Origin: Prasinococcaceae sp. CCMP 1430
Taxonomy: Eukaryota > Plantae > Prasinodermophyta
DNA length: 64,000 bases
Reading direction: 5' to 3'
NCBI GenBank assembly: GCA_013416795.1
Contig: RQSC01000028.1
Span: 342,534-406,533 of the forward strand
Shown here: piece after piece, positions 50,926-60,931 of the stretch
Position numbering within the stretch: the first letter of the stretch is position 1
Layout: each line of letters begins with the position of its first letter
Notes under the pieces: model-generated
Told to the model about the DNA's origin: nothing
Database searches by the model: none
Seen by the model: the letters and a program-made list of their open reading frames with translations, nothing else
Made by a program: the position numbers and the translations under genes

Positions 50926-53250
50926 ATGTCATACGCGGGCGAGCCGCCGTCGCCGTTTGGGGCGCGCGACGCCTTCCCCGACTGGGGCGACGCGATGCGC
51001 TCCGGCGGCGAGGGCGGCGAGGGCCGGCTGGGCGTGGAGCCCGCAAGCTCAGGAAGCGGCGGGGACAGCGAGGCAGCGGGCACGGACATCGATGCGCTCG
51101 CCCGCGCCGCGCCTGCGGAGCTCTCGCTCTCGCCGGGGGCGTGGGCAGGTACGCCGTTGTCGAAACCATCGCCGGGCGCCCGCGCCGCGCGGGCGGCGCG
51201 TGCCGAGGCGGCGTGCGACGCGTACTTCGCCGCGCGCACGGCCGACGCGCAGCGCCGCGGAAAGTTCGATCCTGTGCTCGCATCTCCCGCGCTGCTCGCA
51301 CGGGGTGGCGCAGGCGCGGGCGCGGAGGCGGGCGCGGGCACAGGCGTTGCACTTGTCGTGCAGCAGCACCAGCAGCGCGCACAAGCGCACACGCAAGATG
51401 CGAGCGAGCACGAGCACGTCACCCCCCATGGTGGTGTCCTCGCATCGCTTGACGGCAACGCGGGCAGCCTGGCACCGGCCGTTGGCATGGGTGCACTGCC
51501 GCTTGCCGCGCTTGTGGGCGACTCGTCGATGGACACTGACACCGAGGGCGACACCCATGCTGGGTCGGAGAGCGACGGCGCAAGTGCGAGTGCGAGCATC
51601 GCTGGTGCGGACAACAACGAGGCGGTGGCGGCGGGGCACTCGCATGTGCACGCAGAAACGCGCTCGCTCGCGCTAGTACGAGACATGGCCCTCACGCCAC
51701 CGCTTGTGCCGGCGCTGGGCGTGGTGCATGGCCTTGCAGGAGTGGTGGATGTGGCGGGGCGTGACGACGCGTCTGCGTCCGTGCCGCGCGTGCGCAATGC
51801 GCCCGCCGAGGCGACGCCGCGGGGCAGTGCGGCCAGCATGGGCGCAGGCGGCAGCAGTGGCGCCCAAAGCAGCACGGGCACCGTGGGAGGTGGCGGTGGG
51901 CTGCCGCTCTTTATTAGCCCGGGCATGTCGCCCATCATGCCGCCCGCGGGCAGCGCGCACGCGCACCCCGACGGCGCGGATAAGCACGCGCTGCTCGTGC
52001 CGGGCTTCGAGCGGTCCATCTCGCTGGCTGGCAGCGGCAGCACCAGCGGGGAGAGTAGCGAGGACGATGCGCAGACTGCAGCGAAGGCGAGCGCGAGCTT
52101 TAGCTCGCACATCTCGCACGGGCAGAGCGGTGGCTCGGGCCCGCAGACCCGACGCGCGCAGAAGAAGCTATTCGATCCTGCGGCCGAGGTGGAGACGGAC
52201 GCTGGGCGCAGTGCTGGCGAACGTGTGGACGTGGACTCACAAGGGCATGCTCGCGCGCTAAAGGGCCCGCGCGAGTCTTTGAATGCGCGCTCGCCGGGGC
52301 GGCCGGCGTCGCCTGCCGCCGACGGGCAATCAGAGGCCCCCTCGATGCATGCGGCCGGCGAAGACGCAAAGCTCAAGGGCGTTGATGGCAATGCGCGTAT
52401 GCGCGCGCACGAGGGCGCATCCGCACACACAGGGGCGCGTGAGCGCCCCGCAGAAACCGCGGCAAATGGAGCAACTGCGGCAGCATCGACCGGGGTCGTG
52501 CATGAGGCCGACGCAGCGCCTGCACATGCGCACGCGCGAGCACACGCGCGCGCACACCCGCACGCAGCCGCGCACACGTGCACTCACAGCGTCGGGGCAC
52601 ATACGCTTGAGCTATTCGACCTGCCTGTGCCAGACTATGCACTGCCAGTGTGCGGTGCCTGCCCGCAGTGCGGCCAGGGGCTGATGGTGGGCAAGGTATT
52701 GCGCGCAGAGTTGCTGGCGGCAGAGCCAAACGCCCGCCCACCAGCGCAGGCACCAACGCAGGCCAACGCACGCGAGCACGAGCATTCGAGGCCGCACATG
52801 CAGGCGGCGCAAGCGCACGCGCACGAGCCCGCCTCGCTCAACCAGATCCTGGACTCGATGCTGGCGGCCGCGACGCGCGCACCGCCACCTGGCACACCAC
52901 CGGCACATCCGCGCGCGGGGACGCATGCGTCGTGGGAGGATGCTGCCGCCGCTGCGGCTGGCGCGGCCGCACGCACAGGTGCTTTGAGCGTCACGCCATT
53001 CCGTCGGCGGCGCGGAGAGCAGATGGCTGCCTTTGCAAAGGCCGCGCACGGTGCCGCCGCGAGGGCCAATCAGATTGGCAGCGCGCGCCTGCATGCGCAC
53101 GCTCAAGCGCATTTGCGCGTGGGTGGCTCGCCGCCATCGCCCGTGCTCGATGCCATCAGGAAGTACTCGGCAGTGACGGCGGCCAGCGGCGGCGTCAGTG
53201 ACGGCGCGAGCGCCGACTTCATACGCGCGGTTCGCCGCGCGATTTTCTGA
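50926..53250 (+). CDS. Hypothetical, largely disordered SP/TP-rich protein (774 aa)
   Basis: Long ATG-initiated ORF with stop at 53250. It has many S/T-P sites, RRAQKKLF, a CxxCxxC (VCGACPQCG), His-Ala repeats and a helical C-terminus (SPVLDAIRKY...FIRAVRRAIF). Confidence 0.6.
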   Translation: MSYAGEPPSPFGARDAFPDWGDAMRSGGEGGEGRLGVEPASSGSGGDSEAAGTDIDALARAAPAELSLSPGAWAGTPLSKPSPGARAARAARAEAACDAYFAARTADAQRRGKFDPVLASPALLARGGAGAGAEAGAGTGVALVVQQHQQRAQAHTQDASEHEHVTPHGGVLASLDGNAGSLAPAVGMGALPLAALVGDSSMDTDTEGDTHAGSESDGASASASIAGADNNEAVAAGHSHVHAETRSLALVRDMALTPPLVPALGVVHGLAGVVDVAGRDDASASVPRVRNAPAEATPRGSAASMGAGGSSGAQSSTGTVGGGGGLPLFISPGMSPIMPPAGSAHAHPDGADKHALLVPGFERSISLAGSGSTSGESSEDDAQTAAKASASFSSHISHGQSGGSGPQTRRAQKKLFDPAAEVETDAGRSAGERVDVDSQGHARALKGPRESLNARSPGRPASPAADGQSEAPSMHAAGEDAKLKGVDGNARMRAHEGASAHTGARERPAETAANGATAAASTGVVHEADAAPAHAHARAHARAHPHAAAHTCTHSVGAHTLELFDLPVPDYALPVCGACPQCGQGLMVGKVLRAELLAAEPNARPPAQAPTQANAREHEHSRPHMQAAQAHAHEPASLNQILDSMLAAATRAPPPGTPPAHPRAGTHASWEDAAAAAAGAAARTGALSVTPFRRRRGEQMAAFAKAAHGAAARANQIGSARLHAHAQAHLRVGGSPPSPVLDAIRKYSAVTAASGGVSDGASADFIRAVRRAIF

Positions 53251-53320
53251 GTCAAGTCCAGTGTGCAATGAATGGACGAAGTCAGTTTCACCGCGCCTCT
53301 GTATTATGTTTTGTGCACGC

Positions 53321-54590
53321 TCAGGACTCTGGTAGCGGCCTCTTGGTTCCTGTGCGGCGGACGCCACGCACGCCGTCGGCGGTCACATCGTATGACGCGG
53401 TGCCCACAGGCAAGCGTGGGCTCTTGTACAAATGCGCGCGACGCTCGGAGCCTTCCCAAAACAGGATGACGCGATTGGTGCACGTGTGCGCCCATGAGTC
53501 GCCGAGCGCGGGCACGAGTTTCGCGTTGTCCTCCTCGCTGTTGCCGTCCCGTGACACGCGCGTCGTGACCTGCACAGGGGTGCGCGCGGGCCAAGTGTCA
53601 GCTCCCGCGACAGAGCACAATGCATGCGAGCGCGCGCGCGAGCGTCGCTCCACGCACCTGATTCACGAGCACCACGGCGACTGCTCGCCGCTCGGCTAGC
53701 TCGAGGAGCTGCTGCGCAAGCGCGTTGAGGACGCGCGTGCGCCTCGCGAAGTCCGTGTACTCCTGCCTAAAGTGAAAGGCAATGCTGTCAACCACTACTA
53801 GGCGCACGTTCTGTTGCTCTGCCGCGAGAGAGTCGAGCATGTTGATGGCGGCAATCTGCTCGGTGGCGGTGTGCGCCCGGAAGTAGAAGATGTTTGCGAG
53901 CAGCTCGTGCGCGTCGATTCCCGCGGCGGCCGCCGCCATTGCCGGATTGCGCGACACGCTGGCCATGCGCTGGAGGTGCGCCACGCACGCGCGAGCCATC
54001 TGCTCAATTCGTTCGACCATGAACGACCCTTCTGTGTCGATGTACACCGCTCGGCCGCCGACCCCGCCGAAGGCTACGGGGATCTGCACGTCGAGGCACA
54101 GCTGCATTGAGAGCTGCGTCTTGCCCACTCCCGGCACGCCGCAGAACTCAGTGACCTCGCCCGCCGGCACACCACCGCCGAGCAGGCGATCGAGCTCACC
54201 GCAGAACGTAAGGACGTGCGCGCGGCTCTCCTCGGCGGCCAGGATTTCCAGGGCGCTGCGCGCCCCGCGGATGCCCACGTACGTGCGCTCCGGAGGACCA
54301 TCGGTGCCCGCGCCTCCCGCAGCTGGCCCCGACCCTGCTGCCGCGTTCGCGTCACCGATCGCGCTCCCAGCGCCTGTGCCCTCGGTTGCCCCCACCCGCC
54401 CCCCTTGCGCGGCTGGCACGAGCCTCACCGCGGCAAGCGCCTCCTCGTGGCTGAGCCCCGCCTCCCGAGCGAGCACCGCCACGCCGACGTCGCGCAGCGA
54501 GCCTGCCGTCGCAAAGCCGGCTGCGAGCAGCCTGCCGCGCACGGCCGGCGGCAGCGGCAGGGATGCTGTGTCCTGCTGCGGTTGGAACAT
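53321..54590 (-). CDS. RAD51C: RAD51 paralog C
   Basis: Motifs: [61 protein letters not shown]. Intron 53570-53657 joins NQ/VTT; then [15 protein letters not shown]. Confidence 0.93.
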
Positions 54591-54962
54591 AGCACGGCGC
54601 TGGACAGCGCCCCGCTGCCGCCGCCTCGCCTCGCCTCGCCTCACGGCGCCGCGCCAGTCGCGCGCTGTGGCGCCGCAGCAGAGGGCCCGCCTCCGCGCCG
54701 TTCGAACCTCGCCTCCGCGTTTTTTTTTGCACGCGCAAAAAAAATAGGCGCAAAAAAAAAGGCGTGCGATGGCGTCCGCGCGTGTGCATGTCGGTGCGCG
54801 TGCGCGCATGCGCGGCTGTGCGCGCGCGCTCTGCTGACCGTGCGGCGTGCGCACGCGTGCACGGGTGTTACGAGCGCGCGCACGCGCGCGATGAGCGTGT
54901 GCTTGCGTACGCTATCGCATGCGTGCGCATGTGTGCGTGCGAGTGCAAGCCACAACTACTAG

Positions 54963-55528
54963 CTAGAATCCCTCCGCGTCGACGTCGAGCTGCATGCGCA
55001 CACAGCCGAAGCCGCGGTTGTCGCCGCCCGCGCCCGTGCCGGGCTTCTTCTTCTCGGCTTCGATCAGCGCGGTCACATCCGCCGCGGACACGTCGAAGGC
55101 CTGCAGCACGGTGCACACCGACTTGAGCTGCTTCTCGTAGTCGTCCTCGGTGAGGTCCTCGTCCCTGCCGAGCTGCCCGACGTACTTCCAGCCAATTTCC
55201 AGCGCGAAGAACGTGCGTGCGTTGACAAGGGGGATCCCGGTGCGCACGCGGTCGATGCGGACCTCGTGTGCGCGCCCCCACTTGGCCTCGACGAGAGCGC
55301 GCAGCTCGGCAGCGTCAAGGAAGGCGCCGCCGCCGCCGTCTGCGTCTGCCGCGGCCGCGCAGGCGCGCGCGCGCGCGCGTGCTGCCGCCCCCACCGCCAT
55401 CGCGCCGCCCCGCAACACCCACACCCACACACGCGCCCCGCCCACCCACACGCCGCGCGTCGCGCGAGCGCTGCGCGTGTGGCGCGCGCGCGCGCGCTCG
55501 CGAGCGCGCTCGATCCACACGCGGCCAT
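54963..55528 (-). CDS. DUF3067-like cyanobacterial/plastid protein; first exon uncertain
   Basis: ELRALVEAKWGRAHEV...LEIGWKYVGQ....LTEDDYEKQL resembles DUF3067 (L...KWG.SYDV...LQVMWKYLEQ.SFPL.E.EY..HL). A transit-like MAACGSSALASARAR starts at 55528 in another frame, implying an intron. Confidence 0.7.
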
Positions 55529-55788
55529 GCGGTGCCACGACCAGAAGGGTCTATTATTTTGAAACCTTAACCAGCGATTAACTACGAACTTCGTGGAAGG
55601 ATCACAGCACATTTGCGGTTTTTTACGCAGGTCAGAGCGAATGCGCGAGCGCGCGGCCCGGCCGGCGGCGGCGGCGGCCGAGTGCTCGCTCAGGGCGCCC
55701 GTGCCGACGTCGCCGCCGCCACTCGCGACGCGCTGCGCGCCCCCTGACCCGCAGACCCGCCAACGCCGCGACCGCCGCACGCGACGCC

Positions 55789-56259
55789 ATGTCGGGACGC
55801 CAGGGCGGCAAGCTCAAGCCCCTCAAGCAGAAGAAGAAGTGAGTGCGCGGGCGCCCGCGGGCCGGGGCACGCGCCCCGGCGACTCAACGCGGTGCAGCTT
55901 TGCCCACTGCCATGTTGCTTGCTCACCGTCCGCTGACGCACGGCGCGGCACACTACAGGCAGGGCAAGGAAATCGACGACGATGAGCTCGAGGCGCGCAA
56001 GCAGCGCCAGGCCGACGGTGCGTGCGCGCCGCCGCCGAAACGCACCCCGCGAGGGCTGCGGGTCACGCCTGCATGAGAAATGCAGGACAGGGCCGGCTGC
56101 CAGAGTGCGCGGGCGTGGCGATGCGTTCGCTTTAGTAGCAGCTGACGCGCTCGCCTTGCACTTTCCTGCACGGCTGGTGCAGCCAAAGCGCTCAAGGATG
56201 CCAAGGCCGCGCTCGCGGGTGGCAAGAAGCTCGGCGCTGGTCTCAAGAAGTCCAAGTAG
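55789..56259 (+). CDS. TMA7: Translation machinery-associated protein 7 (three exons; missed by the ORF track)
   Basis: Exons 55789-55838, 55959-56017 and 56183-56259 (phases 2 and 1 match) give MSGRQGGKLKPLKQKKKQGKEIDDDELEARKQRQADAKALKDAKAALAGGKKLGAGLKKSK. Confidence 0.9.
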
Positions 56260-56410
56260 TCGCGCGCCGGCCAATAAACATGCCATAGCTCTTTGACGAA
56301 TGTCGCGGAGGCGAGAGCGTCGACGCGTAGTGCACGCGTTCGCTCGGCGTGGTCGTGCAGCGGCTGTGAGCGACTGAGATTATTATGTTCGCGCGCGTGT
56401 TTGAGCTGCG

Positions 56411-58189
56411 CTACGCCACGCCCGGCCATGTCATCGGGGTGCACAGAAGCGTGGCGTCGTGCTGCCGCAGCCTCGCCGCCAGCTCCTGGCAAGCTGCGAT
56501 GGCACGCCTGCGCGTGCACAGGGAGTCCAGGGCGCAGTATACGTCGCCAGCGGGCCCAGTCAACAGCGCAGCCGCCGGCCCGCCCTCGCTCTGAGGCGAC
56601 GCAAAAAAGAATTGCGCGAGAGCGCCGGCGCCGACGGTCGCTGTCGAGTCCACGTCGCTCGAGTGACCACGGTCCATGGCAGCCTTGGTACTCCTGGGGA
56701 TCGCGCCAGGGTCCCCGCTGATGGCGTCGCGGCCAGGCAGCGCGAGTGCACGCACGCGCTTGTATGCAGCGATGGCGCCACGCGCGCCCACCGCACCGCG
56801 CGGCCGCGCAGTGGCGCGCGAGCACGCCACCTGGCCACGCGCCCCTGCGTGCAGCACCCATGACAGAACAGGCCCCGCCGCAGGCGCGACGAGTTCGTCA
56901 ATGTCGACGTCACCAGCAGGACCCTCGCGCAGACCGAGAGAAGTGTCCTGCTCAGAAGCAGCAGCAGCTGCAACCTCTTTGGCGGCGCCACTTTGCTCGA
57001 GGGCTGCGCGCGATGCCTTGCTGGCGGCACTCAGCGCCTCGAGGGCCTCCGGCTGGCGCGCAGCTGCGCCAGTAGCGACGAGGACAACGCAGACGTCCAC
57101 CCCAGCGCCGCTTCCGCCCTCAACCTCGCCCATGCCCAGGTGCTCTTCGCTGCAAAAGCTGACATGGACGTACGCAAAACTGCTCTTGTTGGCGCGTGGC
57201 AAGCACAGCGGCACCAGCGCCTCGTCCCCCGCGCGGAGGCTGTCCGCACTCGACGCGACGAAATGCGTGAGCGCTGCCAAGTCGCGAGCGTGAGGCGGGT
57301 CTTTGCCTGATGGATGCGCCAGTGCGGCGACCCGACAGCTGTCAATTTGCGTTGTGAGCCTCGCTGATCCCTCCTCACTGCGACCGTCTGTTCCGTCCGA
57401 GCGCGTTGTGCCCGGTGCCACTCTGCGACCCAGCGTCAGGCACAGGGCAAATGCTACACCTGCGTCCAGCGCAGCGTCCGCGACACCACCTGCGATGGCG
57501 CGCCCGGCTGCGGCGCGGGCCGCAGGCCGTAGCGAGAGCGGCCTCCACGCGCCACACATCCTCCCGGGGCAGGTCTCTGCTGTGTCGACGTACGAGTCGA
57601 GCAGCGCGCCACAGTCGCCGAGAAGGCCTCGCAAATCGAACGTCGACCGTCGCGCGAATGCCCTCTCAAAGGCGTCGGTGAGCACGGCCAGCACAAGACC
57701 GTGTAGCGCATCTAGCTGTGCTGCCAGCTCCCCAGAGGTCTCGTCCGTTCGAGACACTGCCGCGAGGAAAAGCGGTCCACGCCGCACGAGCACCAGTGTG
57801 CGGTCGCCACAGCGTGCTGACCACAGCGCGTTGCCTGGCGGGCCGCCGCTCTCAGCAAACGACGCCATGGCCTGCAGCGACGCGACGAAACCAGCGAGCT
57901 TGTCCGCGGCGCCGTAACGCGAGTACACCGGACGCCCCGTGTCGGAGAAGATGAGCACATGCTTAGGGCGCGCGCGCCACTGCGGGCTTGTGTCATCGTC
58001 GCCCTCGTCGTGCCCATCCTCATGTGTGTCTCCCAGGCCTGCGCCGCTGGCCGTAGAGTGGCCCGCACCAGCGCTACCCTCGTCCCCCCCCGGCGCCCCC
58101 GCAGCCCCGCCCCCGCTCGTCAAGGCGCCGGCACCCGCGCCCCCATCAGCCTCAACGCTCAGCGCAGCGTCGAGCTCCTCGTCTGCCAT
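56411..58189 (-). CDS. MON1: Vacuolar fusion protein MON1 (SAND family, Rab7 GEF subunit)
   Basis: Motifs: KHVLIFSDTGRPVYSRYG, GPLFLAAVS, FDLRGLLG, LVPLCLPRANKSSFAYVHV, YCALDSL. Confidence 0.9.
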   Translation of the reverse strand: MADEELDAALSVEADGGAGAGALTSGGGAAGAPGGDEGSAGAGHSTASGAGLGDTHEDGHDEGDDDTSPQWRARPKHVLIFSDTGRPVYSRYGAADKLAGFVASLQAMASFAESGGPPGNALWSARCGDRTLVLVRRGPLFLAAVSRTDETSGELAAQLDALHGLVLAVLTDAFERAFARRSTFDLRGLLGDCGALLDSYVDTAETCPGRMCGAWRPLSLRPAARAAAGRAIAGGVADAALDAGVAFALCLTLGRRVAPGTTRSDGTDGRSEEGSARLTTQIDSCRVAALAHPSGKDPPHARDLAALTHFVASSADSLRAGDEALVPLCLPRANKSSFAYVHVSFCSEEHLGMGEVEGGSGAGVDVCVVLVATGAAARQPEALEALSAASKASRAALEQSGAAKEVAAAAASEQDTSLGLREGPAGDVDIDELVAPAAGPVLSWVLHAGARGQVACSRATARPRGAVGARGAIAAYKRVRALALPGRDAISGDPGAIPRSTKAAMDRGHSSDVDSTATVGAGALAQFFFASPQSEGGPAAALLTGPAGDVYCALDSLCTRRRAIAACQELAARLRQHDATLLCTPMTWPGVA

Positions 58190-58579
58190 GGCCGCGGCGC
58201 GCGCGCCGCGCGCAGCGCTGGGCGCGCGGCGTGTGCACGTGTGCGCCTGCGAGAGCGCATGCGTGCTCGCTGCGAAATCGAGTTCGGGAAAGGAGGGACA
58301 AAACGGATGAGGCCAGTGGCGGGCAGCGCTCGCGCCACATCCTGCGCGATGCGCGCGGCGGCGTGTGCAGCACGAGCGCGCGCCGCGCACGCGGCGTGCG
58401 GGCACCGCGGGGAGGGCGCCTGGGGAGGGGCGAGGGGTGCGGGGTCGAAGTCAGAGTCGGATTGTCGCGGCGGGGTCGGGCGGGGCGGGCCTGGGCGGGC
58501 GGGCGCACGCCAGCTGCGAGGAAGGGTGGGCAGGCCGGTGACAGAGGAGGAGGGGAGGGGTGGAAAAACCGTGGAACGG

Positions 58580-60370
58580 ATGCCGCCGCCAGCCATGGAC
58601 GACCCCGCCCGCTCTCACGTGGCAGCGGTGGCGCAGCCGCAGTCGAGGCAGACCAGGCTCTTCGCGGGCGACGTGCGCGCGCACTTCGCGCTCGGGCGCA
58701 CCATCGGAAAGGGATCGTTTGGCAAGGTGAAGGCGGCCGTTGCGCGCATGCCGCTCGAGCTCGAGCGCGGGCGTGGCATCGGAGTGGGCGCGCATGTTGC
58801 TGTGAAGCTCGTCGAAGCCACGGGTTGGACCGCAACGCAATACGACGAATTCTATCGGGAGTGCTTCCTCCTTGCCCAGGTGGAGCACGCGAACGTTGTA
58901 CGCCTCATCGCCGTGTACAAGAATGCGCGCAAGAGTGGCAGAGTGGAGTTTGCCATGGTCACCGAGCTTGCCACGGGCGGGGAGCTGTTTGACCGCATCC
59001 AGCGCGTCGGGCGCTTCTCAGAGCGGGCAGCGTCAAGGGTCGTTCGCAAGTTGCTCGGTGCGCTGAGCTACCTGCATGCGCGCGGGATCGCGCACAGGGA
59101 CATCAAGGTAGTCGCGTCATTGCAGAGCGTGCGCGCGGAGCACGCGATTGCGCTTGCGGGCGCGCACGGGCGCGCGCGACGGCACGGTCAGGTCGCATCG
59201 CCTATCCGCACGCCTCGACTTGCTCTCTGTTCGCAGCGCTAACGAGCGCATGCGCGGCCTGCGTGCGCCGAAATCGTCCACGACCCTGTCCGGTGCGCTC
59301 GCCAGCCCGAGAACGTCGTATTCGCCACCGGCGCCAAGGATGCCGAAGTTAAGCTCATCGACTTTGGCTTTGCGCAGAAGCGAGACGTGCAGAACGGGAT
59401 GGATGCGCGCTTCGCAACGCGCCTCGGCTCGCCCAACTATGTCGCGCCTGAGATTCTGCTCGGGCAGCCGTACGATGAGCGGTGCGACGTCTGGAGCCTC
59501 GGGGTGATGCTCTTTATCATGCTCTGCGGCAGCTTCCCATTCTCCCCCGATCCACCCCCGGCCGGCACCCATCCGCAAGGCTTGGCGGATGCGCACATGT
59601 CCGTCTATCGCAAGATTGTGCACGGCAGGATCGAGTGGGTCGAGAGCGAGTGGGCGCACGTGGGCGCGCCCGCGCGCCAGCTGGTGAGGGCGATGCTCAC
59701 TGTTGACTACGCGAGCCGCCCTACGGCGGCCGAGTGCCTGCGCCACCCGTGGATAGCAGTGCGATCGGTGCCTTCGAAGGACAGCTTCCCGGCCGTCGCG
59801 CGTGAGAACTTCGGACGTTTCAACGCCGCGCGGCACAGCAGCCGCAGGGTTGGCAGCGCAAGCGCGTTCTCGGGCATGGACACCACCGTGGTTCCATCGT
59901 CCGCGGGCAGGGAGGACCTGCGACCTCGTGCACGATTCGTGCGGGCCGCACGCTGTGCCGTCGCCGCCGTGCGCGTCGTCGGCCGACGTGCGAGCGTCGC
60001 AGATGTGGCACTGCTGGCCATGTGCGCGGAACGCCGCCATACGGTCGCAGCTCTGCCAGGCGGCCTGCTTCGCTCGCTCGTGGACTCGCGCTTCTTCGGC
60101 TCTCGCGACTACTTTTCGGACTTCGCCATGGAGACGGAGACTGAGGACGATGGCGAACGGGCGTTTGTGCCGCTGCACCGCCCCGGCCACAGGCGGCTGG
60201 CAGCCGCGCGTCCGAACGGCGCCGCTGCTGGCGCCATGCCTGGCGCCCCCTTGGACGGCAGACCAGTTCTTGCCGAGCGCGTGGAGGGAGCAGGCGGTGG
60301 CTTCGGTGGCTTCGGGAGGGTTGTGCGTAGTCTGAAGCGGGTGGCAGGCCGCAAACCTCGGCAGACGTAG
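58580..60370 (+). CDS. CaMK-group Ser/Thr protein kinase without EF-hands
   Basis: Motifs: IGKGSFGKV, VAVK, ELATGGELFDRI, HRDIK / intron 59108-59305 / PEN, LIDFG, GSPNYVAPE, DVWSLGV, RPTAAECLRHPW. Confidence 0.9.
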
Positions 60371-60931
60371 GCAGGGGAGCGGCCAACATGGGGGAATTAA
60401 GGCGCTGGAGACGACCGACGTGCCGCGCGCAGCGCACAAGAGAGACGCGATCGGCGCGGCAGGAAGCGCAGCCCTGCGGTGCACGGTTGGATACAAAGTA
60501 ATGGCACTGAAGCGTTCCGCCCCACGCCAAGGGTTGCGCGCCGTGTCCCCCCCTCCCCCCCCCCTCCTCCATCCGCGGGCGCCCCGCACCCCTCCTCCTC
60601 CCCCCCCCTCCACGCGCACACGCCCCTTCTCCTGGGGACGCTCCCCGCAGAGTGTTCGAATCGTCCCACCTTTGTGTGTCCACGTCAGCACCCGATTACA
60701 CCCGCTTTTCTGCCGCCAATTCAACCAGCGCCCGGCGCCTCGCTCGTGCTCCCTCCCCGTCTTGAAAACGGATCCACGCTGGCTGGTGCGCCCCAGCGGC
60801 CGGCCGCGCGCGCGCGCCGAGCGGCCCCTCAGAACGATCCCGGAGTCCGCCGTACTGCCGCGCGCGCGCGCCGCGTGCGCAGCCGTGGGAAAACAGAGGC
60901 GCTGCAGGGGGACGCGGGGCGAGGGCTGGGC

